Shown piece by piece: positions 19,305 through 29,076 of a stretch of DNA of 64,000 nucleotides; the first letter of the stretch is position 1; each line of letters opens with the position of its first letter. The notes under the pieces are model-generated. The model saw only the letters and a program-made list of their open reading frames with translations. It made no database searches and had not been told where the DNA came from. The stretch is from Bacteroidales bacterium (GTDB lineage: Bacteria > Bacteroidota > Bacteroidia > Bacteroidales > UBA10428), in contig JBGSSA010000141.1 in the NCBI GenBank assembly GCA_041737295.1, forward strand, positions 397 to 64,396, given 5' to 3'. The translations under genes and the position numbers were made by a program.

Positions 19305-20348
19305 ATGAAGTTCACAGCCAGAATTATTGCTGATTTTACCAAAGGTGAAATAATCGGTAACCCGGATGAAGTTATCACAGATATATCAAGAATAGAAGAA
19401 GGGAAGAAGGGTACCCTTGCTTTTCTTGCTAATCCCAAGTATGAAAAATATTTATACAGCACCGGTGCTTCCGTTGTGCTGATAAACAAGGATCTTCAGT
19501 TAAGCGGGCAGCTGAACAGCACCATTATCAGGGTAGATAATGCTTATGATGCATTTACCTCCCTGCTTGAATTGTATGCTCAGCTTACTCCTCCCAAAGT
19601 GGGCATTGAACAGCCTTCCTTTATCAGCCCCACCGCTAAAATCGGTGAAAATGTATACATCGGTGCCTTTGCCTACATTGGTGACGGCGCAGTGATCGGA
19701 AAAAATGTGAAGATCTATCCCCAGACATACATTGGCGATTTTACGCAGATCAAGGACAATTCTATCATTTACCCGGGTGTAAAGGTTTATCATGGATGCG
19801 TGATCGGTTTCGACTGTATCATCCATTCGGGCACCGTGATCGGAGCGGACGGATTTGGCTTCGTTCAGCAGCCTGACCGCCAGTACAGGAAAATACCCCA
19901 GGTTGGAAACGTGATCATCGAAGACCTGGTGGAAATCGGGTCAAATGTCACGGTAGACAGGGCAACCATGGGATCAACCATTATCCGAAGGGGATCGAAA
20001 TTTGATAATCTTATCCAGATCGGACATAATGTTGAAATCGGTGAAAATACGGTTATCGTCTCACAGGCAGGCGTTGCCGGATCCACAAAGGTCGGAGGCA
20101 ACTGTATGATCGGCGGACAGGTTGGACTGGCTGGTCATCTTAAAATAGGTGATAATGTAAAGATCGGAGCACAATCCGGTGTCAGCAATAATCTGAAAGA
20201 CGGAGAAACCGTTCTTGGTTCTCCTGCGCTTGATGCCTCAAAACAGATTAAGGCGATGATTGTGTATAAATCCCTCCCCGAGATGAGCAAGAAACTGGCT
20301 GAATTAGAAAAGGAAATAAAGGAATTGAAAAAAAAGCTTCCATCGTAA
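19305..20348 (+). CDS. lpxD: UDP-3-O-(3-hydroxyacyl)glucosamine N-acyltransferase
   Basis: 347 aa. Left-handed beta-helix hexapeptide repeats and an LpxD N-terminal domain. Sits in the lpx cluster. Confidence 0.92.
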   Translation: MKFTARIIADFTKGEIIGNPDEVITDISRIEEGKKGTLAFLANPKYEKYLYSTGASVVLINKDLQLSGQLNSTIIRVDNAYDAFTSLLELYAQLTPPKVGIEQPSFISPTAKIGENVYIGAFAYIGDGAVIGKNVKIYPQTYIGDFTQIKDNSIIYPGVKVYHGCVIGFDCIIHSGTVIGADGFGFVQQPDRQYRKIPQVGNVIIEDLVEIGSNVTVDRATMGSTIIRRGSKFDNLIQIGHNVEIGENTVIVSQAGVAGSTKVGGNCMIGGQVGLAGHLKIGDNVKIGAQSGVSNNLKDGETVLGSPALDASKQIKAMIVYKSLPEMSKKLAELEKEIKELKKKLPS

Positions 20349-20450
20349 TCCCAATCAATCCTCACTAATTAACTGCTCATTTTCTTGAGATTAAATATTT
20401 TTTTATAATTTCGCCGTTGTTTTTAAGGGAATTTACTTAGTATTATAATA

Positions 20451-21851
20451 ATGGCTGATAAGCAAAGAACGGTTGCCAAACCGGTAAGTCTTAAAGGTAG
20501 AGGATTACATTCAGGAGTCGAAGTTGAGGTTAAAATTTGCCCCGCCCCCGAAAATCACGGATATCAGTTTAAGCGGATGGATTTGGAAGGCACCCCGGTT
20601 ATCAGGGCACTGGCCGATTATGTAAAGATCACTGAACGCAGTACGACCATTGTAGACAAAGGCGCTTCAATTACAACCGTTGAACATTTGCTTGCTGCCC
20701 TTTATGGGATGGGTGTTGACAATGCACTCATGGAAATTAACGGTCCCGAAGTTCCCATCATCGATGGCAGTGCAAAACCATTCGTGGAAGCCATTCTGTC
20801 TGCCGGAATAGTCAGTCAGCAGGCTGATCGTGTTTATTTCCAGGTGAGGGAAAAAATTGAGTTCCGCGACGAGGCAACCGGCATTAACATAACGGCTTAT
20901 CCCGATGACGAATTCCTTGTGGATGTGCATATTGATTACAATTCAAAGGTGCTTGGTCACCAATATGCTTCCATGAAAAATATTAACCAGTTCGAAAAGG
21001 AATTTTCAAGCTGCCGTACGTTTGTTTTCCTCCATGAAATTGAATTTTTACAACGGAATAACCTGATCAAGGGAGGCGACCTTGATAATGCCATCGTGAT
21101 CATTGACCGCCAGGTTTCACAGGATGAACTCGACAGGATGGCCGAGGTAATGAATAAGCCAAAGATCAAGGTCAAACCCGAAGGCATTCTAAACAACGTG
21201 GATCTTGCCTTCAGCAATGAACCCGCCCGGCATAAACTGCTGGATGTCATCGGAGATCTGGCACTTTGCGGTGTCCGGCTGAAAGGCCGCTTTATCGCCA
21301 ATAAGCCCGGTCATCATGCCAATGTTGAATTTGCAAAACTGCTCCGGAAGAGCATCAGGATCAACCACCATAAGCCCCTGGCACCGGCATATGATCCGGA
21401 AAAAGAACCGCTTTTCGATATCAACCAGATCATGAAACTGTTGCCCCACCGGAATCCGTTCCTGATGGTTGATAAGATCATGGCAATGGATAAATGGACC
21501 ATCAGCGGCATTAAAAATGTCACCATGAACGAGGCCTTTTTCGTGGGACACTTTCCCGATGAACCGATTATGCCCGGAGTTTTGCAGATTGAAGCGCTTG
21601 CCCAGGTGGCCGGAATTCTGCTGCTGTGCACCGTGCCTGACCCGGAAAATTTTCATTTATACTTTATGCGGATAGATTCCGTTAGATTTAAACGCAAAGT
21701 GGTTCCCGGCGATACCCTGAATATCCGGATGGAATTGAAGGAGCCGATCAAACGGGGGATCGGACTTTGCAAAGGCGAGGGTTATGTGGGTGACCAGCTT
21801 GTTATCGAGGCGGAATTTATGGCCCAGATTGCACGCAAACCTGCCCCCTGA
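20451..21851 (+). CDS. lpxC/fabZ: Bifunctional UDP-3-O-acyl-GlcNAc deacetylase / 3-hydroxyacyl-ACP dehydratase (LpxC-FabZ fusion)
   Basis: 466 aa. The N-terminal part is LpxC (GRGLHSG, TTVEHLLAAL, HHANVEF). The C-terminal part is FabZ (LPHRNPFLMVDKI, FFVGHFPDEPIMPGVLQIEA). This fusion is typical of Bacteroidota. Confidence 0.95.
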   Translation: MADKQRTVAKPVSLKGRGLHSGVEVEVKICPAPENHGYQFKRMDLEGTPVIRALADYVKITERSTTIVDKGASITTVEHLLAALYGMGVDNALMEINGPEVPIIDGSAKPFVEAILSAGIVSQQADRVYFQVREKIEFRDEATGINITAYPDDEFLVDVHIDYNSKVLGHQYASMKNINQFEKEFSSCRTFVFLHEIEFLQRNNLIKGGDLDNAIVIIDRQVSQDELDRMAEVMNKPKIKVKPEGILNNVDLAFSNEPARHKLLDVIGDLALCGVRLKGRFIANKPGHHANVEFAKLLRKSIRINHHKPLAPAYDPEKEPLFDINQIMKLLPHRNPFLMVDKIMAMDKWTISGIKNVTMNEAFFVGHFPDEPIMPGVLQIEALAQVAGILLLCTVPDPENFHLYFMRIDSVRFKRKVVPGDTLNIRMELKEPIKRGIGLCKGEGYVGDQLVIEAEFMAQIARKPAP

Positions 21852-21883
21852 TTTTATGATTTTCTAAACTATAAATTCTTTTC

Positions 21884-22675
21884 ATGAGCAATCAACCGCT
21901 TTATTCTCTTCACCCAAATGCCAAAATCGGTAAACAGGTTGAAATAGGACCGTTTACTACAATATATGGAGATGTGGAAATTGGTGATAATACCTGGATC
22001 GGACCGAGTGTTACAATAATGGATGGCGCCAGGATTGGCAAAAACTGCCGGATTTTTCCGGGAGCTGTCATTTCCGGTATACCCCAGGATCTGAAATTCC
22101 AGGGAGAAGTTACCACAGCAAGGATAGGCGACAATACAACTATCCGTGAATATGTTACCGTGAACCGCGGAACCAAGTCAAAGGGTACAACTACTGTCGG
22201 GGACGACTGCCTGATCCAGTCCTATGTTCACATCGCCCACGACTGCGCGGTAGGAAACCATTGCATTCTGTCAGGCTACGTTGGCCTGGGCGGAGAAGTG
22301 GTGATTGAAGACTGGGCAATCCTTGGCGGCGGAAGCCTCGTTCACCAGTTCGTACGTATCGGTTCCAACGTGATGATCCAGGGTGGCTGTAAAGTAGTGA
22401 AGGATGTGCCTCCCTATATCATGGCCGGCAGAGACCCGGTTGTTTATGCCGGACTTAACCTTGTCGGACTGAGAAGAAGAAATTTCTCTTCGGAAAAGAT
22501 CCAGGAATTGCAGGAGATCTATCGTACCTTATATATGAAGGGATTTAATAATTCGGATGCGCTCAGAAATATAGAGGCCAGTTTTCCAACTTCGGCAGAG
22601 CGCGATCATGTGATCGCTTTCGTTCATAAATCTGAAAGAGGCATCATCAAGGGCTTGCTGGATGATGCAGATTAG
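21884..22675 (+). CDS. lpxA: Acyl-ACP--UDP-N-acetylglucosamine O-acyltransferase
   Basis: 263 aa. Hexapeptide repeats plus a C-terminal helical domain (GLNLVGLRRRNFS). Confidence 0.93.
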   Translation: MSNQPLYSLHPNAKIGKQVEIGPFTTIYGDVEIGDNTWIGPSVTIMDGARIGKNCRIFPGAVISGIPQDLKFQGEVTTARIGDNTTIREYVTVNRGTKSKGTTTVGDDCLIQSYVHIAHDCAVGNHCILSGYVGLGGEVVIEDWAILGGGSLVHQFVRIGSNVMIQGGCKVVKDVPPYIMAGRDPVVYAGLNLVGLRRRNFSSEKIQELQEIYRTLYMKGFNNSDALRNIEASFPTSAERDHVIAFVHKSERGIIKGLLDDAD

Positions 22676-22679
22676 ACAA

Positions 22680-22792
22680 CGTCATTGCGAAGGAGGAACG
22701 ACTGAAGCAATCTCCTAATAGCAGATTGCTTCGCTTCGCTCGCAATGACGGTGGCTTCGCTTCGCTCGCAATGACGCTCCTTCGCAATGACG
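22680..22792. repeat. Palindromic repeat cluster (one CGTCATTGCGA arm, three TCGCAATGACG arms); probable bidirectional terminator
   Basis: 22680..22695 is the perfect inverted complement of 22777..22792. The 23-mer GCTTCGCTTCGCTCGCAATGACG occurs twice (22728..22750 and 22754..22776). It fills the gap between convergent lpxA and thiL. Confidence 0.8.
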
Positions 22793-22793
22793 T

Positions 22794-23834
22794 TTACCGA
22801 AGCGGGTTCCAACCCTGCGCCTCAATCGTGATTTCCCCACCCCCCGATGCAACCATAATGATGCCTGCAGGGGTATCCGTCATATGCCCTATAATGGATA
22901 TCTCGCTGAGGCTGCTGATCTTTTCATAGCGTGCAACGGGCACTGTGAAAAGCAGTTCATAATCCTCTCCCCCGTTGAGGGCCGTAATGATGGGATCAAT
23001 TTCAAATTCGCCGGCTGCCTTTTTCGTATCCATATGAATGGGAATCTTATCGGCATATATCCTGCATCCTTTTTGGGATGCCTGTGCGATATGCATCAAC
23101 TCGGACGATAATCCGTCCGAAATATCGATCATCGACGTAGGTTTGATCTCCAGCTTCCTGAATAATTCAATAATATCCCTTCGTGCTTCCGGCTTCAGCT
23201 GACGTTCAAGTATATAATCATATCCTTCCAGAGCCGGTTGCTGCACATTGTGCTTTTCAAATAACAGCCGTTCCCGTTCCAACACCTGGAGACCCATATA
23301 GGCTCCCCCAAGATCGCCCGAAACGCAGATCAGATCATTGATCCCGGCACCATTCCTGTAAGTGAGGTCCTCTTCCTGCCCTTCTCCGATCGCCGTGCAT
23401 GAAATGATCAGCCCGGTCATTGAAGAGGTGGTATCCCCTCCCACCAGGTCAACTCCGTAAGCATTGCAGGCCAGCCGAATTCCTGAATATATCTCCTCCA
23501 TCATGCTGATGGTGAACTTCCGGGAAATGGCCAACGAAACCAGCAACTGCCGGGGAGATGCATTCATGGCATACACATCGGAGAAGTTGACTACCGCCGC
23601 CTTATAACCCAAATGCTTCAGGGGAGTGTATACAAGATTGAAATGAATACCTTCTGCCAGGAGATCAGTGGTTACCACTACACTTCCCGAACCATATTCA
23701 AGCACGGCAGCATCATCGCCTATCCCCACCTTCGTGGAAGGATTAATATGGCGGATTTCCCGGGTCAGATGCCGGATCAGTCCAAACTCCCCCAGACTTG
23801 AAATTTCGTCGCGCTCGCGTTCCTTTTCACTCAT
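22794..23834 (-). CDS. thiL: Thiamine-monophosphate kinase
   Basis: LGEFGLIRHL...IGDDAAVL... fits AIR-synthase-related ThiL. The start is set at ATG 23834 (MSEKERE...), trimming 46 codons from the ORF. Confidence 0.88.
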   Translation of the reverse strand: MSEKERERDEISSLGEFGLIRHLTREIRHINPSTKVGIGDDAAVLEYGSGSVVVTTDLLAEGIHFNLVYTPLKHLGYKAAVVNFSDVYAMNASPRQLLVSLAISRKFTISMMEEIYSGIRLACNAYGVDLVGGDTTSSMTGLIISCTAIGEGQEEDLTYRNGAGINDLICVSGDLGGAYMGLQVLERERLLFEKHNVQQPALEGYDYILERQLKPEARRDIIELFRKLEIKPTSMIDISDGLSSELMHIAQASQKGCRIYADKIPIHMDTKKAAGEFEIDPIITALNGGEDYELLFTVPVARYEKISSLSEISIIGHMTDTPAGIIMVASGGGEITIEAQGWNPLR

Positions 23835-23896
23835 ACCAATGGATACAGATATATATAAACCCCGGCAAATATCAGGATAAATTGATTTAGAATTAG

Positions 23897-23904
23897 TATA
23901 TTTG
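23897..23904 (+). promoter_or_regulatory. Candidate -7 promoter box TATATTTG for the suf operon
   Basis: Perfect TAnnTTTG match 66 nt upstream of the sufB ATG. Confidence 0.45.
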
Positions 23905-23908
23905 CCAT

Positions 23909-23929
23909 TATTTAGAATTATTCTAAATA
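23909..23929. promoter_or_regulatory. 21-bp perfect palindrome TATTTAGAAT-T-ATTCTAAATA (candidate operator)
   Basis: Direct reading. It begins 5 nt after the -7 box. The half-site ATTTAGAATTA is repeated at 23885..23895. Confidence 0.45.
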
Positions 23930-23970
23930 CACTAATATCATGAGGATCATAGAAATTAATTTTTGGTACC

Positions 23971-25419
23971 ATGGAAGAGAATAAGGATCAAATATTGACG
24001 GAGGTTACCAAAGGAGACTATAAATACGGCTTTTTTACTGACATCGAAACAGATACTATCCCCAAAGGATTGAGCGAAGATGTGGTACGCCTGATCTCTG
24101 AAAAAAAGAATGAACCTGAATTCATGCTTGAATTCAGACTTAAGGCATACAGGCACTGGCTTACGATGAAGATGCCCCATTGGGCGCATCTCCGTATTCC
24201 GGACATCCGCTATGAGGATATTATTTTTTACGCGGCGCCTAAACAGGTTGTTGGCCCCAAGAGCTTATCGGAAGTGGATCCTGAATTGATAGCCACCTTT
24301 AATAAACTGGGCATCCCCCTCGAGGAACAGAAACACCTTACCGGTGTCGCGGTGGATGCAGTTATGGACAGCATTTCGGTGAAAACAACCTTCAGGGAAA
24401 ACCTCGCTGAACTGGGTATTATTTTCTGCTCCATGAGTGAGGCCATCCGGGAATACCCCGACCTTGTCAAAAAATACCTTGGGTCGGTTGTACCCTATAC
24501 TGACAACTATTTTGCTTCCCTGAATTCGGCTGTATTTAGTGATGGCTCGTTTTGTTATATTCCAAAAGGAGTAAGATCCCCCATGGAACTGTCCACTTAT
24601 TTCCGCATCAATGCAGCTAATACAGGCCAGTTCGAGCGTACACTGCTGATTGCCGAAGACGACAGCTATGTCAGTTACCTGGAAGGATGTACGGCTCCCA
24701 TGCGGGATGAAAATCAACTGCATGCGGCGGTGGTTGAAATCGTGGCGCTTGAAAATGCAGAAGTAAAATATTCCACGGTCCAGAACTGGTATCCCGGGGA
24801 CAAGAACGGCAAAGGAGGGGTTTTCAATTTTGTCACCAAACGCGGGATATGCAAGGGAGACAATTCAAAAATCTCCTGGACACAGGTGGAGACCGGGTCG
24901 GCCATCACCTGGAAGTACCCAAGCTGTATCCTTCGCGGGAACAATACAACGGGCGAGTTCTATTCGGTTGCGGTTACTAACAATTACCAGCAGGCAGATA
25001 CGGGTACGAAAATGATCCATATCGGCAAAAACAGCAAGAGCACGATCATTTCAAAAGGGATTTCAGCCGGCCATGGCCAGAATAGTTTCCGCAGCCTTGT
25101 AAAGGTTATTAAAACCGCGGATAAGGTGAGGAATTTCACGCAATGCGATTCCCTGCTCATGGGCGATAAATGCGGGGCACATACATACCCGTATATCGAA
25201 GTGGAAAATGATTCTGCCATTATAGAACATGAGGCCACCACTTCCAAGATCGGCGAAGACCAGATTTTTTATTGCAACCAGCGCGGTATTGATACGGAAA
25301 ATGCGGTGGGACTAATCATTAATGGTTACGCCCGCGAAGTGCTCAACAAATTACCCATGGAATTTGCAGTTGAAGCACAGAAGCTGCTGCAGATAAGCCT
25401 GGAAGGAAGCGTCGGGTAG
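23971..25419 (+). CDS. sufB: Fe-S cluster assembly scaffold SufB
   Basis: 482 aa with highly conserved SufB sequence ([22 protein letters not shown]...). Confidence 0.97.
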   Translation: MEENKDQILTEVTKGDYKYGFFTDIETDTIPKGLSEDVVRLISEKKNEPEFMLEFRLKAYRHWLTMKMPHWAHLRIPDIRYEDIIFYAAPKQVVGPKSLSEVDPELIATFNKLGIPLEEQKHLTGVAVDAVMDSISVKTTFRENLAELGIIFCSMSEAIREYPDLVKKYLGSVVPYTDNYFASLNSAVFSDGSFCYIPKGVRSPMELSTYFRINAANTGQFERTLLIAEDDSYVSYLEGCTAPMRDENQLHAAVVEIVALENAEVKYSTVQNWYPGDKNGKGGVFNFVTKRGICKGDNSKISWTQVETGSAITWKYPSCILRGNNTTGEFYSVAVTNNYQQADTGTKMIHIGKNSKSTIISKGISAGHGQNSFRSLVKVIKTADKVRNFTQCDSLLMGDKCGAHTYPYIEVENDSAIIEHEATTSKIGEDQIFYCNQRGIDTENAVGLIINGYAREVLNKLPMEFAVEAQKLLQISLEGSVG

Positions 25420-25463
25420 TGACGGTGTCCCCCGCTGGCGGGGGCAGGGGGTGGATTAGAAGA

Positions 25464-25530
25464 ATTTACGATTTACGATTTACGATTTACGATTTACGAT
25501 TTACGATTTACGATTTACGATTTACGATTG
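25464..25530. repeat. 7-mer tandem repeat (ATTTACG) x9.5
   Basis: Direct reading shows nine perfect contiguous units. Confidence 0.97.
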
Positions 25531-25598
25531 CGCGTAGTCATATTCTTCAAGCGATCGAAGACCTTTGAAGGGTTAAATTAGAAGAGAAAATTGAACAG

Positions 25599-25654
25599 TG
25601 AACTATCAACAATCAACAATCAACTATCAACTATCAACAATCAACTATCAACAA
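25599..25654. repeat. 7-mer tandem repeat (TCAACAA/TCAACTA) x8
   Basis: Direct reading. It ends 10 nt before the sufC ATG. Confidence 0.95.
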
Positions 25655-25664
25655 TAATGATATC

Positions 25665-26414
25665 ATGCTTGAAATAAAAGATTTACATGTCAGCATAGAT
25701 GGCCGGGAAATCCTGAAAGGGATCAACCTTGAGGTTAAGGCCGGTGAAGTGCATGCCATAATGGGCCCGAACGGCTCCGGCAAAAGTACATTGGCTGCTG
25801 CACTGGCCGGAAAAGACAGCTTTGAGATCACACAGGGGAGCATCACTTTTTTGGGGGAAGACCTCATCGAAATGAAACCCGAGGATCGTGCCCGCAAGGG
25901 ATTATTCCTTGGATTTCAATACCCGGTTGAAATTCCCGGAGTGTCCATCGTCAATTTTATGAAGACGGCCATTAACGAACAACGAAAATTCAGAGGCCTC
26001 GACCCGATTTCCGCTTCCGATTTCCTGAAAAAAATGCGCGACAAAAAAGAACTTGTCGGGTTAACTACCAACCTCGCTAACCGGTCGGTCAACGAAGGTT
26101 TCTCAGGAGGAGAGAAAAAAAAGAACGAGATTTTTCAGATGGCTATGCTCGAACCCTTGCTGGCCATTCTGGATGAAACCGATTCGGGACTGGATATTGA
26201 TGCCCTGAAAACAGTGGCGAACGGGGTGAACAAGCTCCGCCGGAAAGAAAATGCAACCATTGTTATCACCCACTATCAGCGACTCCTTGAGCATATCATA
26301 CCCGACTTTGTACATGTACTTTATAAGGGCCGTATTGTAAAATCAAGCGGCAAAGAACTGGCCCTCGAACTGGAGGAAAAGGGATATGAATGGATGGAAC
26401 AGGAAGCTGAATAA
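25665..26414 (+). CDS. sufC: Fe-S cluster assembly ATPase SufC
   Basis: Walker A GPNGSGKST, signature FSGGEKKK, Walker B ILDETDSGLD. Confidence 0.96.
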   Translation: MLEIKDLHVSIDGREILKGINLEVKAGEVHAIMGPNGSGKSTLAAALAGKDSFEITQGSITFLGEDLIEMKPEDRARKGLFLGFQYPVEIPGVSIVNFMKTAINEQRKFRGLDPISASDFLKKMRDKKELVGLTTNLANRSVNEGFSGGEKKKNEIFQMAMLEPLLAILDETDSGLDIDALKTVANGVNKLRRKENATIVITHYQRLLEHIIPDFVHVLYKGRIVKSSGKELALELEEKGYEWMEQEAE

Positions 26415-26435
26415 AACAATATTACCGCATCTTCA

Positions 26436-27800
26436 ATGAATGAAGCTCATTATGCCATGGATATTAAACAGGATCTGATCAGTTTATTTAAACAAAATAC
26501 CGGTGTGCTCGAATCAGGTTCGGGACACATACTCAATACATTCAGGGAACAGGCCTTTCGTGATTTTGACCGGTTGGGGATACCTACAATTAAAAATGAA
26601 GCCTATAAATATACCCCTCTTGACAAATACATGCAGGGGAATTATGAGGTTGAGCTGAATGCAAATCCTTTCAAGGTGGACCTGAAGGATATTTTTAAAT
26701 GTGATATTCCTGAACTTGAAACACAGGTAGTGCTGGTTCTTAACGGGTTCTTTTATTCTGTCAACCAGGTGGAACAATTGCCCAAAGGGGTAATCGTTTG
26801 TGGTCTGAATGAGGCCTCGGAACGGTATCCCGACCTGTTTCACCAGCATTATTCACATTATGCCGATACCTCTGCAGACGGACTGGTTGCATTGAATACC
26901 CTTTTTGCCCAGGATGGGGTATTTATATATGTGCCCAAAAATACGGTGGTGGAAAAACCCATCCAGATCATAAATCTGAGCCATTCTTATAAGAACCTCC
27001 GCATTACCAGGCGTAACCTGATTGTGGCTGCCGAAAATTCACAGGTTAATATTGTTGTGTGTGACCATACTCTGTGTCACCAAAGCTACCTGGCGAACTC
27101 ACTCACAGAAATATACGCCGGTAAAGGCGCTGTTATTGACTATCACCGGCTGCAGAATGAAAATAACCTTTCCACTCAGATCAATCATCTTTTCATTCAC
27201 CAGGAAGAGGGCAGCCGATTTACTGAAAACAGCATTTCCCTGCATGGCGGATTAATCCGGAATAACATTTATGCAAGCCTCCAGGGCCCATATTGTGAAA
27301 CAAATCTATACGGCCTTTTCCTGTGTGATGAGAAACAGCATGTAGCCAACTATATCCTTGTGGATCATGCCTATCCGAACTGTACCTCCAGCCAGCTGTT
27401 CAAGGGGATCCTGGATCATGATGCCACAGGCTCGTTTAACGGCAAGATCCTCGTGCGGAAAGACGCCCAGAAAACCCTGGCCTACCAGAAAAATAACAAT
27501 ATTTTGCTTTCTTCCGCTGCCCGCATGAACACAAAACCGCATCTCGAGATCTATGCTGATGACGTAAAATGCAGCCATGGTGCAACCATCGGACAACTCG
27601 ACATGGAAGCCATGTTCTATCTCCGTTCCCGGGGTATCGGTGAAAAAGAAGCCAGGCACCTGCTGATGTATGCATTTGCCAATGAAATTGTCGGAAAAAT
27701 TGCCATTCCCGTTTTAAAAGACCGCATGATTGAACTGGTGGATAAAAGACTTAGGGGTGAACTTTCCAGGTGCAACAATTGCGATATTCGCTGTGCGTGA
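26436..27800 (+). CDS. sufD: Fe-S cluster assembly protein SufD
   Basis: 454 aa of the SufB/SufD beta-helix family. Position in the operon supports the call. Confidence 0.9.
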   Translation: MNEAHYAMDIKQDLISLFKQNTGVLESGSGHILNTFREQAFRDFDRLGIPTIKNEAYKYTPLDKYMQGNYEVELNANPFKVDLKDIFKCDIPELETQVVLVLNGFFYSVNQVEQLPKGVIVCGLNEASERYPDLFHQHYSHYADTSADGLVALNTLFAQDGVFIYVPKNTVVEKPIQIINLSHSYKNLRITRRNLIVAAENSQVNIVVCDHTLCHQSYLANSLTEIYAGKGAVIDYHRLQNENNLSTQINHLFIHQEEGSRFTENSISLHGGLIRNNIYASLQGPYCETNLYGLFLCDEKQHVANYILVDHAYPNCTSSQLFKGILDHDATGSFNGKILVRKDAQKTLAYQKNNNILLSSAARMNTKPHLEIYADDVKCSHGATIGQLDMEAMFYLRSRGIGEKEARHLLMYAFANEIVGKIAIPVLKDRMIELVDKRLRGELSRCNNCDIRCA

Positions 27801-27813
27801 TAAAAATTTTTTC

Positions 27814-29034
27814 ATGAATTATGATATTAATAAAATTCGCGGGGATTTTCCCATACTTCAGCAACAGGTATATAACAAACCCCTGATCTACCTCGATAAT
27901 GGCGCTACCACACAAAAACCTCAACAGGTTATCGATAGTGTGCATGACTATTATACAATGAAAAACAGCAGTATTCACAGGGGAGTCCATTATCTCAGTG
28001 AAATGGCCACCGGGGAATACGAGGAAGCCCGCAAAACAATTCAGCATTATATACACGCGGCGCATTCCCACGAGGTTATCTTTACCCCCGGTACAACAGC
28101 CTCTATTAACGGGATAGCGTTTTCTTTCGGGGAAAGATATATTCATGAAGGAGACGAGATCCTTGTGACAGAAATGGAGCATCACGCAAATATCGTTCCC
28201 TGGCAAATGCTTTGTGAACGAAAGAAAGCCATCCTGAAAGTGATCCCTTTCGATGATAACGGGGAACTCGAACTGGAAAAGCTGGATACCCTGATCACCG
28301 CCAAAACCAGGTTGATAGCGGTTATCCACGTTTCCAATGCACTCGGTACGGTGAATCCGGTGGAACATATTATTCATAAAGCCCATCAGCATAATATCCC
28401 GGTACTTGTGGATGGAGCACAGTCGGTTCAGCACCTTGCCATCGACGTTCAGAAAATGGATTGTGACTTTTATGTATTTTCGGGTCACAAAATATACGGA
28501 CCGACCGGAATCGGCATATTGTATGCCAAAGAAAAATGGCTCGAGGAGATGCCCCCGTTCCAGGGAGGCGGGGATATGGTGGACACCGTGACCTTTACTA
28601 AGACTACCTATAATACTCTTCCTTTTAAATTTGAGGCGGGAACACCGAATTACATCGGTGCGGTCGGCATGGCCATCGCGTTGAAGTATGTATCCTCAAT
28701 AGGTCTCGAAAATATAGCCCGGTATGAGCAATCACTTCATGAATATGGAACAGAAAGCCTTTCCGGTATGGAATTTGTTACACTATACGGTAAAGCAAAG
28801 AGGAGGAGTTCAATTCTGTCCTTTCTTATTGAGGGGGTACATCCATATGATGCAGGAATGGTTATGGATAAAATGGGAATTGCCGTTCGTACAGGAACAC
28901 ATTGTGCCCAGACAGTAATGCAGCATTTTGGTATACAAGGCACAATCCGGGCTTCACTGGCCATGTACAATACACGGGAAGAACTGGATAATCTTGTTGA
29001 AGCCATAAAGAAAGTCAAAACTATGTTCAGTTGA
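27814..29034 (+). CDS. sufS: Cysteine desulfurase SufS
   Basis: Class V aminotransferase. PLP lysine context FSGHKIYGPTG and active-site RTGTHCAQ. The start is trimmed to ATG 27814 (MNYDINKIRGDFP). Confidence 0.93.
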   Translation: MNYDINKIRGDFPILQQQVYNKPLIYLDNGATTQKPQQVIDSVHDYYTMKNSSIHRGVHYLSEMATGEYEEARKTIQHYIHAAHSHEVIFTPGTTASINGIAFSFGERYIHEGDEILVTEMEHHANIVPWQMLCERKKAILKVIPFDDNGELELEKLDTLITAKTRLIAVIHVSNALGTVNPVEHIIHKAHQHNIPVLVDGAQSVQHLAIDVQKMDCDFYVFSGHKIYGPTGIGILYAKEKWLEEMPPFQGGGDMVDTVTFTKTTYNTLPFKFEAGTPNYIGAVGMAIALKYVSSIGLENIARYEQSLHEYGTESLSGMEFVTLYGKAKRRSSILSFLIEGVHPYDAGMVMDKMGIAVRTGTHCAQTVMQHFGIQGTIRASLAMYNTREELDNLVEAIKKVKTMFS

Positions 29035-29076
29035 ATTTCGTATATTCAACGAATACTAATTTAACAGGTAAGATCA

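Noticed and set aside
22726-22929. ORF 22726..22929 (+), MLRFARNDGGFASLAMTLLRNDV...
   Set aside because: It is a translation of the palindromic CGTCATTGCGA repeat cluster running into the antisense of thiL. This is a classic spurious ORF.
25464-25654. Possibility that the tandem arrays are CRISPR arrays
   Set aside because: The units are 7-8 nt and directly contiguous, with no unique spacers. There are no cas genes in the window.
27751-28488. 245-aa ORF antisense to sufS; similarly 43449..44081 (antisense to manC), 40486..40962 (gldM), 21189..21656 (lpxC/fabZ), 17973..18380 (HD gene) and 30365..30808 (OM barrel)
   Set aside because: These are shadow ORFs inside well-supported genes with no recognisable motifs.
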